Assembly: GCA_030141605.1 (NCBI GenBank)
Contig: JAQGDQ010000020.1
Span: forward strand, 682,001 to 746,000
DNA from: Tubiluchus corallicola
Lineage: Eukaryota > Animalia > Priapulida
Length of the DNA: 64,000 bases
Reading direction: 5' to 3'
Positions 1 to 13,648 of this stretch are shown one piece after another (position 1 is the stretch's first letter; the number at the start of each line of letters is the position of its first letter). The position numbers and the translations under genes are program-made. The notes under the pieces were generated by a model. The model ran no database searches. It was given only the letters and a program-made list of their open reading frames with translations, and had not been told where the DNA came from.

Positions 1-2703
1 TGATCCTTGATAGTGATCCAAATCCCAGCCCAGTCACAGCCATCTACATTAAGTAAGGATTGAGTTGGATCCCTGTCCCGCTCCTAACGAACTGAGCAAA
101 ATACTACCCACCGACTCTCAGTTACCAGTTACTGAAGAAACCAGTTATTATAATGTTGGGCATCAGTTTACTGAGTTTGTGTAAGAAAATTATTGTTATT
201 TCATCGTTGAATTTAACTAAACATCCAGATTTTTTATATAAAACTTTTGCTGTAAAGGCAAGCAATACAAGTCAGATACAAGTAAGGTCCGTTACTAATC
301 TGTTAAGCTACCTTTTAATCCCATTATAGGCCACTTCGTTTAAATATGCTTTCTTAATCTCATTAATGGCACTATAAGACAAATTTTCTGGAGCAACAAC
401 AAGAACATATATCAGAGAATTAAACAAACAAACAATTAAACAAAACCCGCAACTTTACTGAATAACGCTGATACAGTTTCTTCGGATACAGTAAATACAA
501 CACGATTTGCGAAAGATCAAGTTCGACTCGATTTATTGTAGCCGGTGACTCACTGAATTCAAGACGGCAGGTCAAAAATTTCATGGGTCAACCCGGACTT
601 TCTTCTAACATATTCGCATAAAGTCTCATGACGATCCGTCGCGAACTAGCGGAGCCTTATGCTTTTTTCGAAAATGATGTTATTTGCCGACATCTTGAAT
701 TCAAAATGGCGGATCAAAAATCCGACTTCGTCAATCGACGCAAAATTCGTTGACATATATCCACGTGAAGTATTTTAAGTGAAATGCCATTTTTTCACAC
801 TCGTACATTGGAATGGTTCCATCCATTAGGGAGCCATTGTATACTGGCATCTACAAGTAGGCAGGGAGGCAACAGTTCCGTGCTCGATTCACTGGTGCAT
901 TTCCACTGGCAAGGAAGATGCTAGAAGAACATTCTGACACTTTTTAAGTCTATTATTCTGCATGTTCCTGACAATTTCTCAACTCCATCGCCGACAATTC
1001 ACTGGTGGCCAGTACGGAGGGTTGCAGTTCAAAGATTTTCCCACAAATCTGGTCCTGCAGTCTTACCACGATATTCTGACGTTCAGTATTTCAGTACGGC
1101 ACCGTTGAGTCTGCGCTAAAGATTTTTTCGTCTTCAGAGTTAAGAGTTTTAGCTACTTCGCAACAGGTACCTGCTTTTACTAGAGATACACTGAATGTTG
1201 CTCAAAAACGCCGAACAAAGTTTGTTCGAAGTGCGGGCAAACCTCAACTGCTGTATGAAAACCATGTAGCACATCATGTGGTTTCCTGGATACCGCATTT
1301 TTCTACATCTACCGACAAGTTTTCTTTATCTGCAGCCGAGGATACTGCAGATACTGTTAGACCTTCGAGCCAAAGACACAAAATTATTTCTCTCACCTTA
1401 TTACATGCGAAAGTAAACTACTCTTCAATTTTGGTACTTGAACTTGTAATCGGAAAATCCCTAATTCAAGTACAGTTTCAGTCTCGAATTTTCACACTTT
1501 TTCTTTCTTGCTTAGTTTCAAAAATTTTGTAAGCATGTGGGTTTATCCCGACACACAAACATATTAATAACAATTTAAAACCTACAGAGTGCATCTATAT
1601 AAGTATATAGCTTATCTCTTGGGTAGACGTTCGCACAAAGCTGCCAGTGACTAATAGATGAAAACTTATTTCGAATGTTCCTTATGCACATTAAGTTTTA
1701 TATTCTTGGAATCGCTTTGTCTCAAGTGAGTGATAAATGCCGCCTCTGCATCATTTCCATTCAAAACTCGCTGTAGTGTTGACCGAAAACGGCGTTCAGA
1801 CAATTTCTAGATCAATTTTCGTTTGGCATCGACTGTCGTACACTTATATTTCTGGAAAACATTTAGCGGATCGAGTTGGCGGCGACACTGCCAGATATCT
1901 TTTTGTCATATTAGACTTATTGGTTTAGACAGATCGAAACCTAATAACCAAGATGATTGCCGCTATTTCCAAATAGTTGTTTCTGCGGTCAAAATTTTAA
2001 CAAGCATTATTGTTTTTACATCGTTTGGCAGTCTGCACTGAAGGTTGTGCTAAAAATAAACGCAACCAGCCACGTACCACCTGCATAAATATGAACAAGG
2101 TGAAATAAACGCTAAATTAGGCACCCTGTGAAATATGAGTCAGCTAACCAGCTGAGATATGCCAAAAATTCTATGTAAACAATATAAGACAAATGACTAT
2201 CTCAGCTACCTAGTCTTGCTTAATGTAATAAATATATTAAAAAATAAATGCCTTTTAGTAACAATTTTTTATCATTTTTTCTCAAAAACTAACTATATTT
2301 AATGCCGAAAGCCACTGGGACAAATGTTAATTAATTGTATTAACTACATGTGGATGATGGTATTATTATCAGTTTTACCGTTGAAATGTTTCCCTGGCCA
2401 GTAAATTCATAAGGCTTTTCTACTTTGTCAATTGAGAACAGCGTCTCACTGTCAATTAATGCAGTATCTACTGTTTGTTCTGCACAAAGTGTTTATTAAT
2501 GATATTTTTAACAGGTAAAGAACATTGTTAATTGTAATACTTTGTTAGTGAAAATTTTGTTTTTACAGTTATCTGACACATTTTGATGTTGACAATTAAA
2601 AATGTTGTTAAACGCAGCATTTTTTGGTAAAAAATGTATTACTTAATACACTCTATTGGTAAGAATATTGTTATTTTAAAGCTAACAAATTCTTAACGCT
2701 GCT

Positions 2704-2760
<57 letters not shown>

Positions 2761-2801
2761 GCAACAACAACAACAACTACTAGCACTACTACTACTACTA
2801 T

Positions 2802-2896
<95 letters not shown>

Positions 2897-2897
2897 A

Positions 2898-2980
<83 letters not shown>
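2704..2980. repeat. Compound trinucleotide microsatellite (ACA)n-(ACT)n-(AAT)n
   Basis: Three consecutive trinucleotide blocks; they account for the poly-L/V ORF at 2682-3029. Confidence 0.98.
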
Positions 2981-5900
2981 TGCTCAGTACAGAAGATGAT
3001 ATTATTAAGAATAAAAAACAGAAGGCCATGTTTTTTACCCAGAATAAATCAATTGTTTAAGCGGTATATCTCTCAAAATAAGGCTGCGGCTCTTTAATGG
3101 ATACGTAAACCAGTATCTTCATGTACAATAGTGAAATGTAGTGTTAGAATTCGCAACACAAGAAAAAGAAATTGATGTATGGATCTAGAATATGTATACA
3201 ATTTCACGGAGGCTTACATAAAAAGTTTTTAAAATAAAATGACCGTGTATGATATGGGGCCCAACTGCTGGGACCCAATGTCCTAGAATCTAACAAAATA
3301 ACATGAGCAGCTCTACAACTTAACCAAAAAGGTACTTTAAACCTCAAAAATTGAATCCAAAAAGCTAAGAAGGAGGATATTTAATGAGATTGCCAGAAAC
3401 AGTAGCATTAAACGATCACTGCTAAACGATCTCCAGGCAAACCAAAGACAACTTGGATATCAGCAATTAACAAAAGTCTGTAGCAGCTGAACATAAATTT
3501 AACAGTAGATCAAAGGATTTGAGAACTTTGAAGTACTCTAACTTAGAACAGAGGCTCGTGTGAGTGAAACGGGAAGAACAATAACATTAACGCTTAGTAA
3601 TCCAAAGTAAAGAAATTTTTAAACATCTGTATTATTTTCATGTTAAAAAGTTTAATGTTATACTTTTACGGATACAGCTGACATATTTTTTTAGTAAGAA
3701 TACTGTTATAGTAAGAACTAGAACAGACGTATTCCTATTTTTTTGAAACTTTAAGAATAGCGGGGTTCAGTTGAGATTTATTTCTAAACTTTTTCTGAAA
3801 TTTGCTACAGAACTTATTCCTTGACGATTATTGACAATTTGCACCTTAATTAATATAGGCCTGGCAGGGGAAATTTTGACTATTAAGCTTATCTCTGATT
3901 CGGTTATTTTGTTTTGAGACGCACCCGCCTTCAATTGTGCCGCCGCAGTTACAACATAGATGTATCGCATAAAGTGGCTGTCGGTGCTTGACGAAAAACC
4001 AATTATCAACGCCTGTACTCGACGCTGCCTCATCTTAATTGTATCTCAATGCACTGTGGAGCATTCTCTATCGTCCTAATGTCTCTGTAGAAACAGTTTG
4101 GTGACACCAGCATCGAATAATTGATTAATACGAATAGACAATTCTGAAGACTGAACAAGCAAGATGACTCATATGTATGAGTATGCCAATTGGAAATGAC
4201 AGACCAAATGAGCCGAGAGGAAACGTAACAGCCGAATTGGAAGCCTCCGAAAATTAACAGGCAATATGCTGAAGAAAAGAATTTTTGTTAGTTTACTAAA
4301 CAGTAAACGTTAGACACAATTTAGGAAATTGCAAACTTCAAATAGTAAACAACAACGTCATTTTTCGTTGAATAAGATCGGATAACAAAAAAACACAATT
4401 TATATAAATAATTTTCTTGCAAATTAATACCATAACCGGAAACAACCAATATGCTAAGTTTTACCCAGAGAAATCCCAAGTCCTAAGGAAAATATGCTTG
4501 GCAACCGATCAACTTGCGTAAAGTATTTGCATCTTCTCCCGTGATTGCTTTGTGCTGCCATCTAGCGTTGAAATTTGTAAATGTTAAAGGGTATACTTCT
4601 CATTTAGTAGCTCCAGAAGAGATTGCTCTTTAACTGCGCTTAATTACTAAAACCATCAAATCAACATTATCGCTTTATTAGTCATTGTTGAGTAAATAGG
4701 TACTAACCGCCGGGACAATTTCCGTTAACTCTGCTGTTCCAACTTCATTTATTTATTTCAGTTCTAGTCAGTTACAGTAACAGGCAACAGTTACTACTCT
4801 ACGCTGCTTACGTTTTCTTTAAAAGTGTTATTTTGTAATCACGTACATTCAACCTAGCTAATGCAAATTTTTTTCTTAATGGCAATAGTGGCAATTACTA
4901 AAAAATCACTTTAATTAAAACAACCAAAAATGCATCACGTGTCCTACTGCCACTGCTGTTTATCATCATCAGGTGGATGAATGAAAAAAAGAGAAGTTAC
5001 TGCTAAAACTAGTTGTTTTGGGGTTTTTATATTGATTGCACCTAAAAAAACATCATAGAGGCACAAAAAATAAAACACAGGAAAACACAAAAGTAAAAAA
5101 CAGTACTACCAGCCACAATTACTATTATTCATTACCTATTAGTGAAACTAACTTAGTAGCAGTCAGGCAAACTAGAGAACGAACTTGGGATACACGAATC
5201 AAGTGGTTTCTCATAGTTATTGGTTTCTTAAAGCCTTGGCAGCGCAGTACTTGACATGAAATCTGCTTCTACCCTACATAACTCGCACTTGATGTTGGCT
5301 TTCAAACCCTTCAGAATCAGTGCCTTTATATGAAGATAAACCGACAAACACGACTAGTGTCCCATCAATACAGTGATTAGCCAACTGCTCCACTACATGA
5401 ATAAGCATGCAACGTTCACACCGAGAGACATTGTTGGTACCCATGTTCCATCTGCGGTTTAGACGCTTGACATGAAAACACGACATAATGTAGTGCATCA
5501 TCCTTTGAATTTTACTTTGAAAATTGTTTATGTGTAATTAATTTTTTTTTTAAAAATCTATTGTTTTATACTGCTAAAAGATATGTTTCTGCGCAGTATG
5601 TAAGAATTTAAAGGAAAGACAAAAGAAAAAACTTTTGTTGAATTCAAATTCAATCTTGTCAGAGCAAGAAGCCACAATGAAATGTCTTTTTTGAAATCAT
5701 GGCGACTTGTAAGATCGGGGAGAGTGTTATAAGGCTAGGCACGACTGACCCAGTTCTATTTTTCCATAATTATGATTTAGCCATGCTCGTCTTCATTCCA
5801 ATTGAACGTAGTGAATGTACGCCAATTGTGGGTCTTTAAACATCTCTCATCTAGGTGGCTTCACATTAGAAGAATGGGCGGGCACGAGCAGAAGCCATAT

Positions 5901-5990
5901 GCAAGGAGGCTATAACAAACCCAGACGACTTGACTCTTGTGCCGATAGAAACTGAACAAAATAAGACTCAGCTAAGCTACATTACCATAG

Positions 5991-6096
<106 letters not shown>

Positions 6097-6200
6097 CTCT
6101 CTTTTAATCTCTATCTTTTTTCTCCCATCTGTTTTTCTCTCGGTCTCTTCTTCTCTCCACTCAACACAAGCCTGCACACATACTAAAACGTAGTGTAACC

Positions 6201-6296
6201 TAAGTTCATCTGCAATGTTGGTGTATCTAGTGTAAGTTCATCTGCAATGTTGGTGTATCTAGTGTAAGTTCATCTGCAATGTTGGTGTATCTAGTG
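6201..6296. repeat. Minisatellite, 3 perfect copies of a 32-bp unit
   Basis: taagttcatctgcaatgttggtgtatctagtg at 6201, 6233 and 6265. Confidence 0.95.
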
Positions 6297-8467
6297 AAAA
6301 TGCAAAATATGGTTTCATTTCATCATCGGAAACAATATTAATCACATGCTCATAGACAGAGGTATAAATGCCTGCAATATATTTTTTGAAATTGTAAATG
6401 AGTTCTCAAAAACATACTTGTTTATTAACGATAACTTGACCATAACCTTATAACCTGTAATGTGGAATGTATTGGCAATATAGTCAGAATTGCGCGCTTT
6501 GTTTAGTAAGTAATCAGCTATAATTTGACATTTAAATTAATTGCATAACTATTCAAAGCTGTCGTTCAGAAAATTACCATGCCTTGTTGTGCATACTACC
6601 TTGTATTCCTAGCTAATTACATGAAATACCATTTCATCGATAATTTTTCTTAATACACATTTCTGTGTCAAACACCACTTGTGATTAACAAACCTTACCT
6701 CACAATTTTGGATGTGATTAATATTGACATAGGTTATATAGTTTTTACACAGTCGTGATTTAATTTTTGTTAGGTTACCCTACAGTTAGAGGAATTTGCG
6801 TTATGTAAATATAATGTAAAATAAAAGATATTTATTTTTTTATTAATTCTCTCTCTCTTCTTGTACTCCATTTGTCTTTCTGTGATTTGCATTAAGGACG
6901 TAGTGCGGACGGACGTGATGTAGAGTTATGCAACTAATCATCCTCACCCTGAAAGCCAAAACTTTGTTATTGTAGTTCAGCAGTAACAGGACCAATATCC
7001 TATGTGAATGCTCTTTTAGTTTTAATCACTAAGATGAAAGAAGACAGTATACTTGCTTAATAATACCTCAAATGTAAGAATCCCACTGGTGATAGTGCAT
7101 TTACTAACTTTAATTCCAGTGTAGAAGATGGCATGTTTCCGGTTCTATCCCGCTTTCAAATGGTTAGTTAACCCTAATTTAATCAAATTCCATTTTCGAC
7201 GAGTCTTTGATTATAAATTTTCCAAGACTTGCACTTTATAGCAGCTGGCGCGCTTCTTGAGGTTTCCTAACGAACTCGCGGGACGAAAGAAGCCAGTCAG
7301 TAAAACCAAAAATCGAAAGAAAATCCAATTGATTATGATTTACTCTTCGCCGATGATAAGGGTGCACTCGGTAAATAATAACCACAAAATATGGATTCTT
7401 CAGCAGTAATCGATAAAAAATAAACCTCTTATGTCAACTATTATTTATTATCATACTTTCAACAAACAGACTACAAGTGAATTAGAAAAGAGGGAAAAAC
7501 ACCACACAAAGTTACCATCAGGTTAACACAATAAAGTATCTTTCGATTTACTTTTCCAGTTTTGTTAATTATCGAAAACTGGTTGTGGTGACTGTCCTTT
7601 TTAGGTATTTTAAGCTTTTCTCTAAGTTTCTGTGAGGTTTTTTTTCTGTATTTTCGGGTTGGACAGTATTTCACCATTCTCATTTAATCAATTATACGCA
7701 TCCAGCGGTGTCTATAATCCTATTTATTGGAAGTGAAAACATTAGTATTTCTTTTGCTGGGGGAACAATGTGGTTCTTATTTATTGTCACCCAAAAATGG
7801 AATATATATCTATTGTTTGGTTTTCTCTTAATAATTTCTGCTTGTCAGTTCACTGATATAGTAAGTCATCGTCTATCACAACTATGTAATTCCTTCTAGT
7901 AGCGTAGCTTGTATCATAAGAACGGCACATCGAGAAAAGTGTTTACTTTTTACCCATAAATACTATGTTTTGAAACACTTCGACTGACAGCAAACTTAAA
8001 TCCAGCACTTAATCGCAAGATCAAATTAAGGTGAACGGTTGTAGTTGTGCCGAAATCTGGATCAGCTGCAAAGCTAATGCTCAAAAATGAGACACCGCAT
8101 AGACTGAAGTATCTTAACCACGTTCGGATATAAATATGACCTCTCTACACATATTTTATATGAACTGGCAGCCTGATACTCAGAATCGGAATTTTAAATT
8201 ATAACAAATTTAAGTGAAACCTGTCACACTCATTCATTTCATGTGGTTCATTTTGGCAAACAATCCAATCTGTTTACGTCTAATTCCATGATCAAACTGT
8301 GACGAGAATACAAAACAAAACAGAAAGCACAAACAGCTGCTGTCACCAAGCATACATATCAATTACACGTGACACGGAATGCGGCTTTGCTCGCTTACAA
8401 ACAAATGCCACGTACTGACTGCGCAGTCTAAAAGCAGGTATGTTCTGGTGAAGATCCACCATTTCAA

Positions 8468-8524
8468 TGAATAAGTTATGTTCAGTTCAGTATTTTGAAT
8501 AAGTTATGCTCAGTTCAGTATTTT
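8468..8524. repeat. Tandem duplication of a 28-bp unit
   Basis: tgaataagttatg(t/c)tcagttcagtattt, two copies. Confidence 0.85.
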
Positions 8525-11162
8525 ATACAGTTTTTGTAAATCACTAATTGAAATTGCAAGTCATTTTTGCTGTTTTCAATTAATCTCGCCGTTGGTTCAT
8601 TTGCAAGGAAAACGTTTGGGCATGGGTGTGAAATCTGCTTATAAATGCATATAATTAACATTGACTAAAATATTGTGCCAGGTGGATCTGGAGTATTCTG
8701 CACATTTGTACCGCCCATGCATCCATGAATTTTCGAGTCTGCATGCAGATTGTTTTGAAAAACAGTCGATTTTGAACCAAAGTTTATAAATCTTTTGCAC
8801 ACGTATACACTATTGAATTGCTTTCCTTCTATATTCGGACAGCTTGTATAGATAGATGAAAAATTGTGGGCCAAACCAAATGGGACATTAACCCAGAACA
8901 TTGCACAGATCGCCACTCTATCATTTAAATTGCTGGCCCGACATTGCAGGTCACAAAGAAGCATTTACATTTGCACGCACTCACACATGCACAGCAAGGA
9001 TGAAGCCAACTGTTCAAATCTTTACAGTAGAACAAAGATACAGGTGTTCCAATCAACTTGTCAATATCAATGTCACACATTTGCAGATATTTTCCTCTTG
9101 CTGATTGAAATGTTTAGAAGGCTGTCTGGCACGTGCAACTACCGTGTTTGTAATATGAAAGGAAAGCTGAAAAGAAGCACCACATTTAATCCTATAATTA
9201 TATAACGGCTAAGAGAGAAAGTGTGCAATAGGCTTTCAATAACAGGCTTTCATTCATCTACTGGCCATAATATATCAGGTAAACTTGCAAAGAAAAGCAA
9301 AAATTGACGTTGATACCAAGCAACGACAAGATATAGGTTGCTGATTTAAATTTCTAGGCCGAACCACAACCCATCGCTGAAAGTGTGCTTGAACGTAAAG
9401 AGTAAGTGTTATACATGTAAATAACTGATTACTTTACTGTACTCTAAGGATGAGCAATATATCATGAAGTAAGTAATAAGACATGTAATTGTCCTGTACT
9501 AGGTTGCTGTTCTGAATGACAATGACTGATCAGGTAGTAAATCAATTTTAACAAGAAAGAGTCGCTGCGAGGGCTTACACTTCGAAATTTTCGAAATTGT
9601 TTGGTAATTTCCATTATTTTTTATTAATCACTATAAAAATTACTAATCACTATAAACATTTTCATTGTCCATACTCGTTTCGCAATCGAAGATTTCCGGC
9701 CATACGTGGAAAAGAAAGATTAAAATTCAACATTACAGGTGTATAGCACCAGTGTATATCGTTGTCGTGACTAGGTACATTTTCCAAGGCAACTGTCTTT
9801 GCACCACAAATTATTTTAGCTCCAATATGAAAAAAGATACATTTGGTAAAGATATATAAAAATCTCATTACGTGTGAGTCGTTTTTTCGAAACTTTTACA
9901 CTATTTAAGTCCTTTGCTAAGGTTGTTTTCTAGGGTGACTAAGCACTGACACCAAATAAAAAATCCCATTGTGTTAACTAAAGTAAGCAACCAAGGTCTA
10001 CAATATTAAACTAATTTAGCAACTCGAAATGCTAATTAACTATTTTCGAGAACTGACGCACGGGAACTTGAACACCATCATTTTCTTGGGTTTGTTTATA
10101 CAGCTAAGAAGCCATCGACTTAAAATAAACAGGAACGTCCACTTGTAATTTTCAGGGATCCGCCCAGATCGCAAAGCTGCACTCAGAGTATGTTTAAATT
10201 TGCATTGAGTACTCAGTGACTGATGAAATTTTAATGGGATTTTCACATGCGGTATTAAATGAGCGATGTTCAGGCATCCCTCAATGGCTTGGGGATGTGT
10301 TTACATTACTCGCCGCTGAATCCCTACAATGCAGCGGTTTCCTCTACACGAAGCTGAAGCTATACATATAAGATTGTGATGGAGATGACATAAACTCATT
10401 CGCGCGACGAAAAGTGACGCGCTGTGACGGGCGGCGAAGTTGCGCACACATCTCATCAACTAGTACATGAAAATTGCGGAATTTTTTACCAGAGTGACGG
10501 TTTCTTCTTACATTAAACCAATTGTGTAAAACTGGCAGTCATTGTTATTCTTGCAGCATTCTATTAAGCAGCAAATGAGGTTAGGTTCACACGCTCCAGT
10601 ACGCCAGTGAAAATATTTACTTTACTAATAATTTAAGCATCCACTAACTCTGTTTCGTCTACAGAGTGAATTTATCACTTCGTTTGCCTGTCATTCTATA
10701 CCAAAAATGACACTGCACCGAAGGCATTTGGTTACAGTTTAAAACTTCACTGCTGTTAGTAACTTTTTTAGGTTGCACGGTACGTGGAAAATGCGAGCAT
10801 GAATCACAGGTGAGTTAAATGATGATGGATGTAGATTTAGGTTTAGATTTAATTATTCATCCTTTTAGCAGAAATACAAAAATAAAAGTTATAAAATTAC
10901 AATTAAACAGTGCATTACAACGCTATGAGCGCAGCAGAAGAATTTAACTTATGAGCTATGCTCAACGTGGATAAGACTAAATTAATGGCATAAACAACAA
11001 CAACAAAATACGTTAAATGGAGCAAATATAGAGGTCCCTGGATAGAGTTATGATGGGATAGGCGACAACGGCGACATCAGACAATGTGTACTCATTATTA
11101 GCAGTTACTATCTGACCTGTATTTTTCTGGTATTGCTCTTACTTGCAGTAAATTTTATTTAT

Positions 11163-11415
11163 GATAATAACAATAATAACCTCTATTTAAAGTCGGCTTT
11201 CATGTTAAACAGTTAACGTAAATTAAAAAGCTTTTTGCCTACTGCAAATAAACTGCAGTTACATAACAAAGATTATTACTACCCCACTTTTACCCTATAT
11301 ACCACACGACAGGCAACGCAAAAGAATACACCACTTTTAAAAATCGTTGGTATGACCCGGTATCGTACTTGGAACTTCACAGATGGAAAACAGACGCATT
11401 ATACATTAGGCTGTT
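11163..11415 (-). mobile_element. Decayed tRNA-derived SINE
   Basis: Minus strand shows a degenerate tRNA-like head, then ccgggtcataccaacgatttttaaaagtgg (resembles a conserved SINE central domain, from memory), and ends in ctttaaatagaggttattattgttattat. Confidence 0.45.
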
Positions 11416-13312
11416 CCGTCTGGTCACATTTCCTAATGTGCCATTTGAAGTGATTTGAAGTAACCTGTAACCATTTTTGAGAACTTATTCATCGAAATTA
11501 ATACACTTTCTCATTACTGATTACGGGTTGCTCCACTGAAGGTTGCATACGGCAAAGTAACAAAATTGTTGGCTTTTTAAACTGTAACTAAAATTGCAGT
11601 TTAAAATGGCGACTATTTTACTACACAAAATGAAAACACAGAATACGAAGCTAACAATAAACTAAATTATATGTATAGTCATTCGAAAGAACTTATAAAG
11701 TAAGTTTCAGTCACTGCTCCTCAGTTATCACTGGAGCTTATTGAGCAAATGCATAGCAAAAACTTGAAAACGTATCAGCCCTCAATAAAAAAACAGATGT
11801 TAAGCAGATCACACAGTAGCATAAAAAGTCAAAACATAAAACATAACACAACAAACAGAAAATAAGCAGATAAACAGCACAGCATAGTAAAAGCATAACA
11901 ATCCAGTGCCTACCGGCTTACAGTTTTTACTTCTAAAGCAATTGGACTCAAGGTTATTTTGTTATTTTACTGGTTCGTCTAAGGTACAGCCATTCTGCAT
12001 CATTACTCGAAAAATCTGAGTTTTTTAAGAAGTTGATGTAGTGCAGGATTAATACCTTAATATATTTCAATTTACGTAGTTTACCAAAGATTTATACAAA
12101 CCTTGCAGACTGAAATAAATATTATTACTGTAATTTCACTATAAGTTTTTGATGCTTCATCAACAGCCAGGACAACTGTAAATAGGCTTGCCTGCGGTTT
12201 CATGGACTGCAATATGTGCAAAATGTTGTTATAATAAATACTTATTTAAACCAACGGTAGAGTCTCCTTTGTTACCTTAGTGTAGCTAGAATGAAATTGT
12301 AAATTTAATTTAGTGTTGTTGTAAGATCTACATTTCATTCCTAGCTGTAAAATAAAACGATAAACACGAGCATTAAAGCGTTGTGACAAATGGTGATTAT
12401 TGCGCTTGCAGCATAATGAACAACGGTTACAAATTGGAACAAACGATCGCATTTCAAGTTAGTACGTCATAAATAGTACATCATTACTAACTGTAAACAA
12501 ACCACATTTTTAATCTAGCACATGATTCTTAATGATTTCTTAATGACACACATTTGATGATTCTTAATTTTTCATCAAACTAGCAGTTTACGTTATAGGT
12601 TCACGTATCTCCAAACCTGTGCACAAATAGTGGGAAAACAAGCATATGCAAGGTGCTAATAAAAGAGTAATTGGTTAATACTTAATTGGATAAAACAATT
12701 GGCTCCATTACAATCCAGAGATAAGGCTTAGAGTTTTAGACTTCTATACATGAACAATTGACAAGTTAATTTGTAAACATAACACTTAGGAAAGAAGTTT
12801 AATTTCCTGTAACATTGAGCCAACTATGCAAAATCAGTAAACAGGTTAATTCAACAATGCTTTAGATTATTCTACTACAGCCTGTTATAGTGTTCACATT
12901 TGCAGTACGTTCTTAGTTATCGCAAAAATTATACTGTTAATTACGATCGCAATACCGTTTCCTTTGTGCTGGATACTGGTCGTTATATATCTTAGACCAC
13001 TAACGTTAGCTGAAACATGACACTACGAACTGATTTATTAAAATGGCCAACAGAACATAACACATAATTCTGGTACATCGTTTTTTTCGAAGTAAACAAA
13101 GGCTTAGCTTACACCTACTCCTACTGTTGAATCTGATAAGCTATTCTTTAAAATGAAAAACGCAATTCCAAAACATTTGAGCCTCAAGAATCACATTCCC
13201 AGAACATTTCAGCGCATACCCCATTCCAAAATATTATGCAGTGCTTATTGTGGACGGATCCTACGCATTATGAATTAGTTATACTTCTGTCTATATATTT
13301 CTATAATAATAT

Positions 13313-13648
13313 TGTTACGCAGACACCTGTGTCGGTTCAGGCATAGGGCTTTCTGCACGTCCTGCTTCCACCTCAGTAGCGACTCACCCCTTCCTTATAG
13401 ATCCAGACGTCTTGTTTGGACAACACGAGGCGTGAAAAGCCAGCTGACGTATAAAAGCGTGTAGAGGTCACCACAGCCTTGATTTCTGACACAGGTGCAC
13501 CTAGTATCTGAGATCTGTTACTCAACTTACTTAGTTTTTTGAGTATTTCTTCTTTTTTTCTGTTATTAGTGCAGGCAATAAAAATTGTCACAGTGTTAAT
13601 CTAGTGTTTTATTTTGTGTCTTTTGTGTGTGGTAGATGACTTGTTACA
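13313..13648 (+). mobile_element. Possible solo LTR (336 bp)
   Basis: TGTTAC...GTTACA termini, TATAAAA at 13450 and AATAAA at 13577, in LTR order. No target-site duplication is visible. Confidence 0.45.

Noticed and set aside
480-1530. GC-richer block with a short internal repeat (tgaattcaa..ggc..tcaaaaat) and coding-like composition
   Set aside because: Probably old transposon debris; there are no boundaries or protein motifs I can support.
2682-3029. 115-aa poly-Leu/Val ORF
   Set aside because: It is a translation of the trinucleotide microsatellite.
3860-4140. Possible Tc1-type transposase N-terminal relic on the minus strand
   Set aside because: Only a vague resemblance across several frameshifts, and no TIRs found.
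6201-6296. 32-bp repeats as a CRISPR array
   Set aside because: The units are contiguous with no spacers, there are no cas genes, and the context is eukaryotic.
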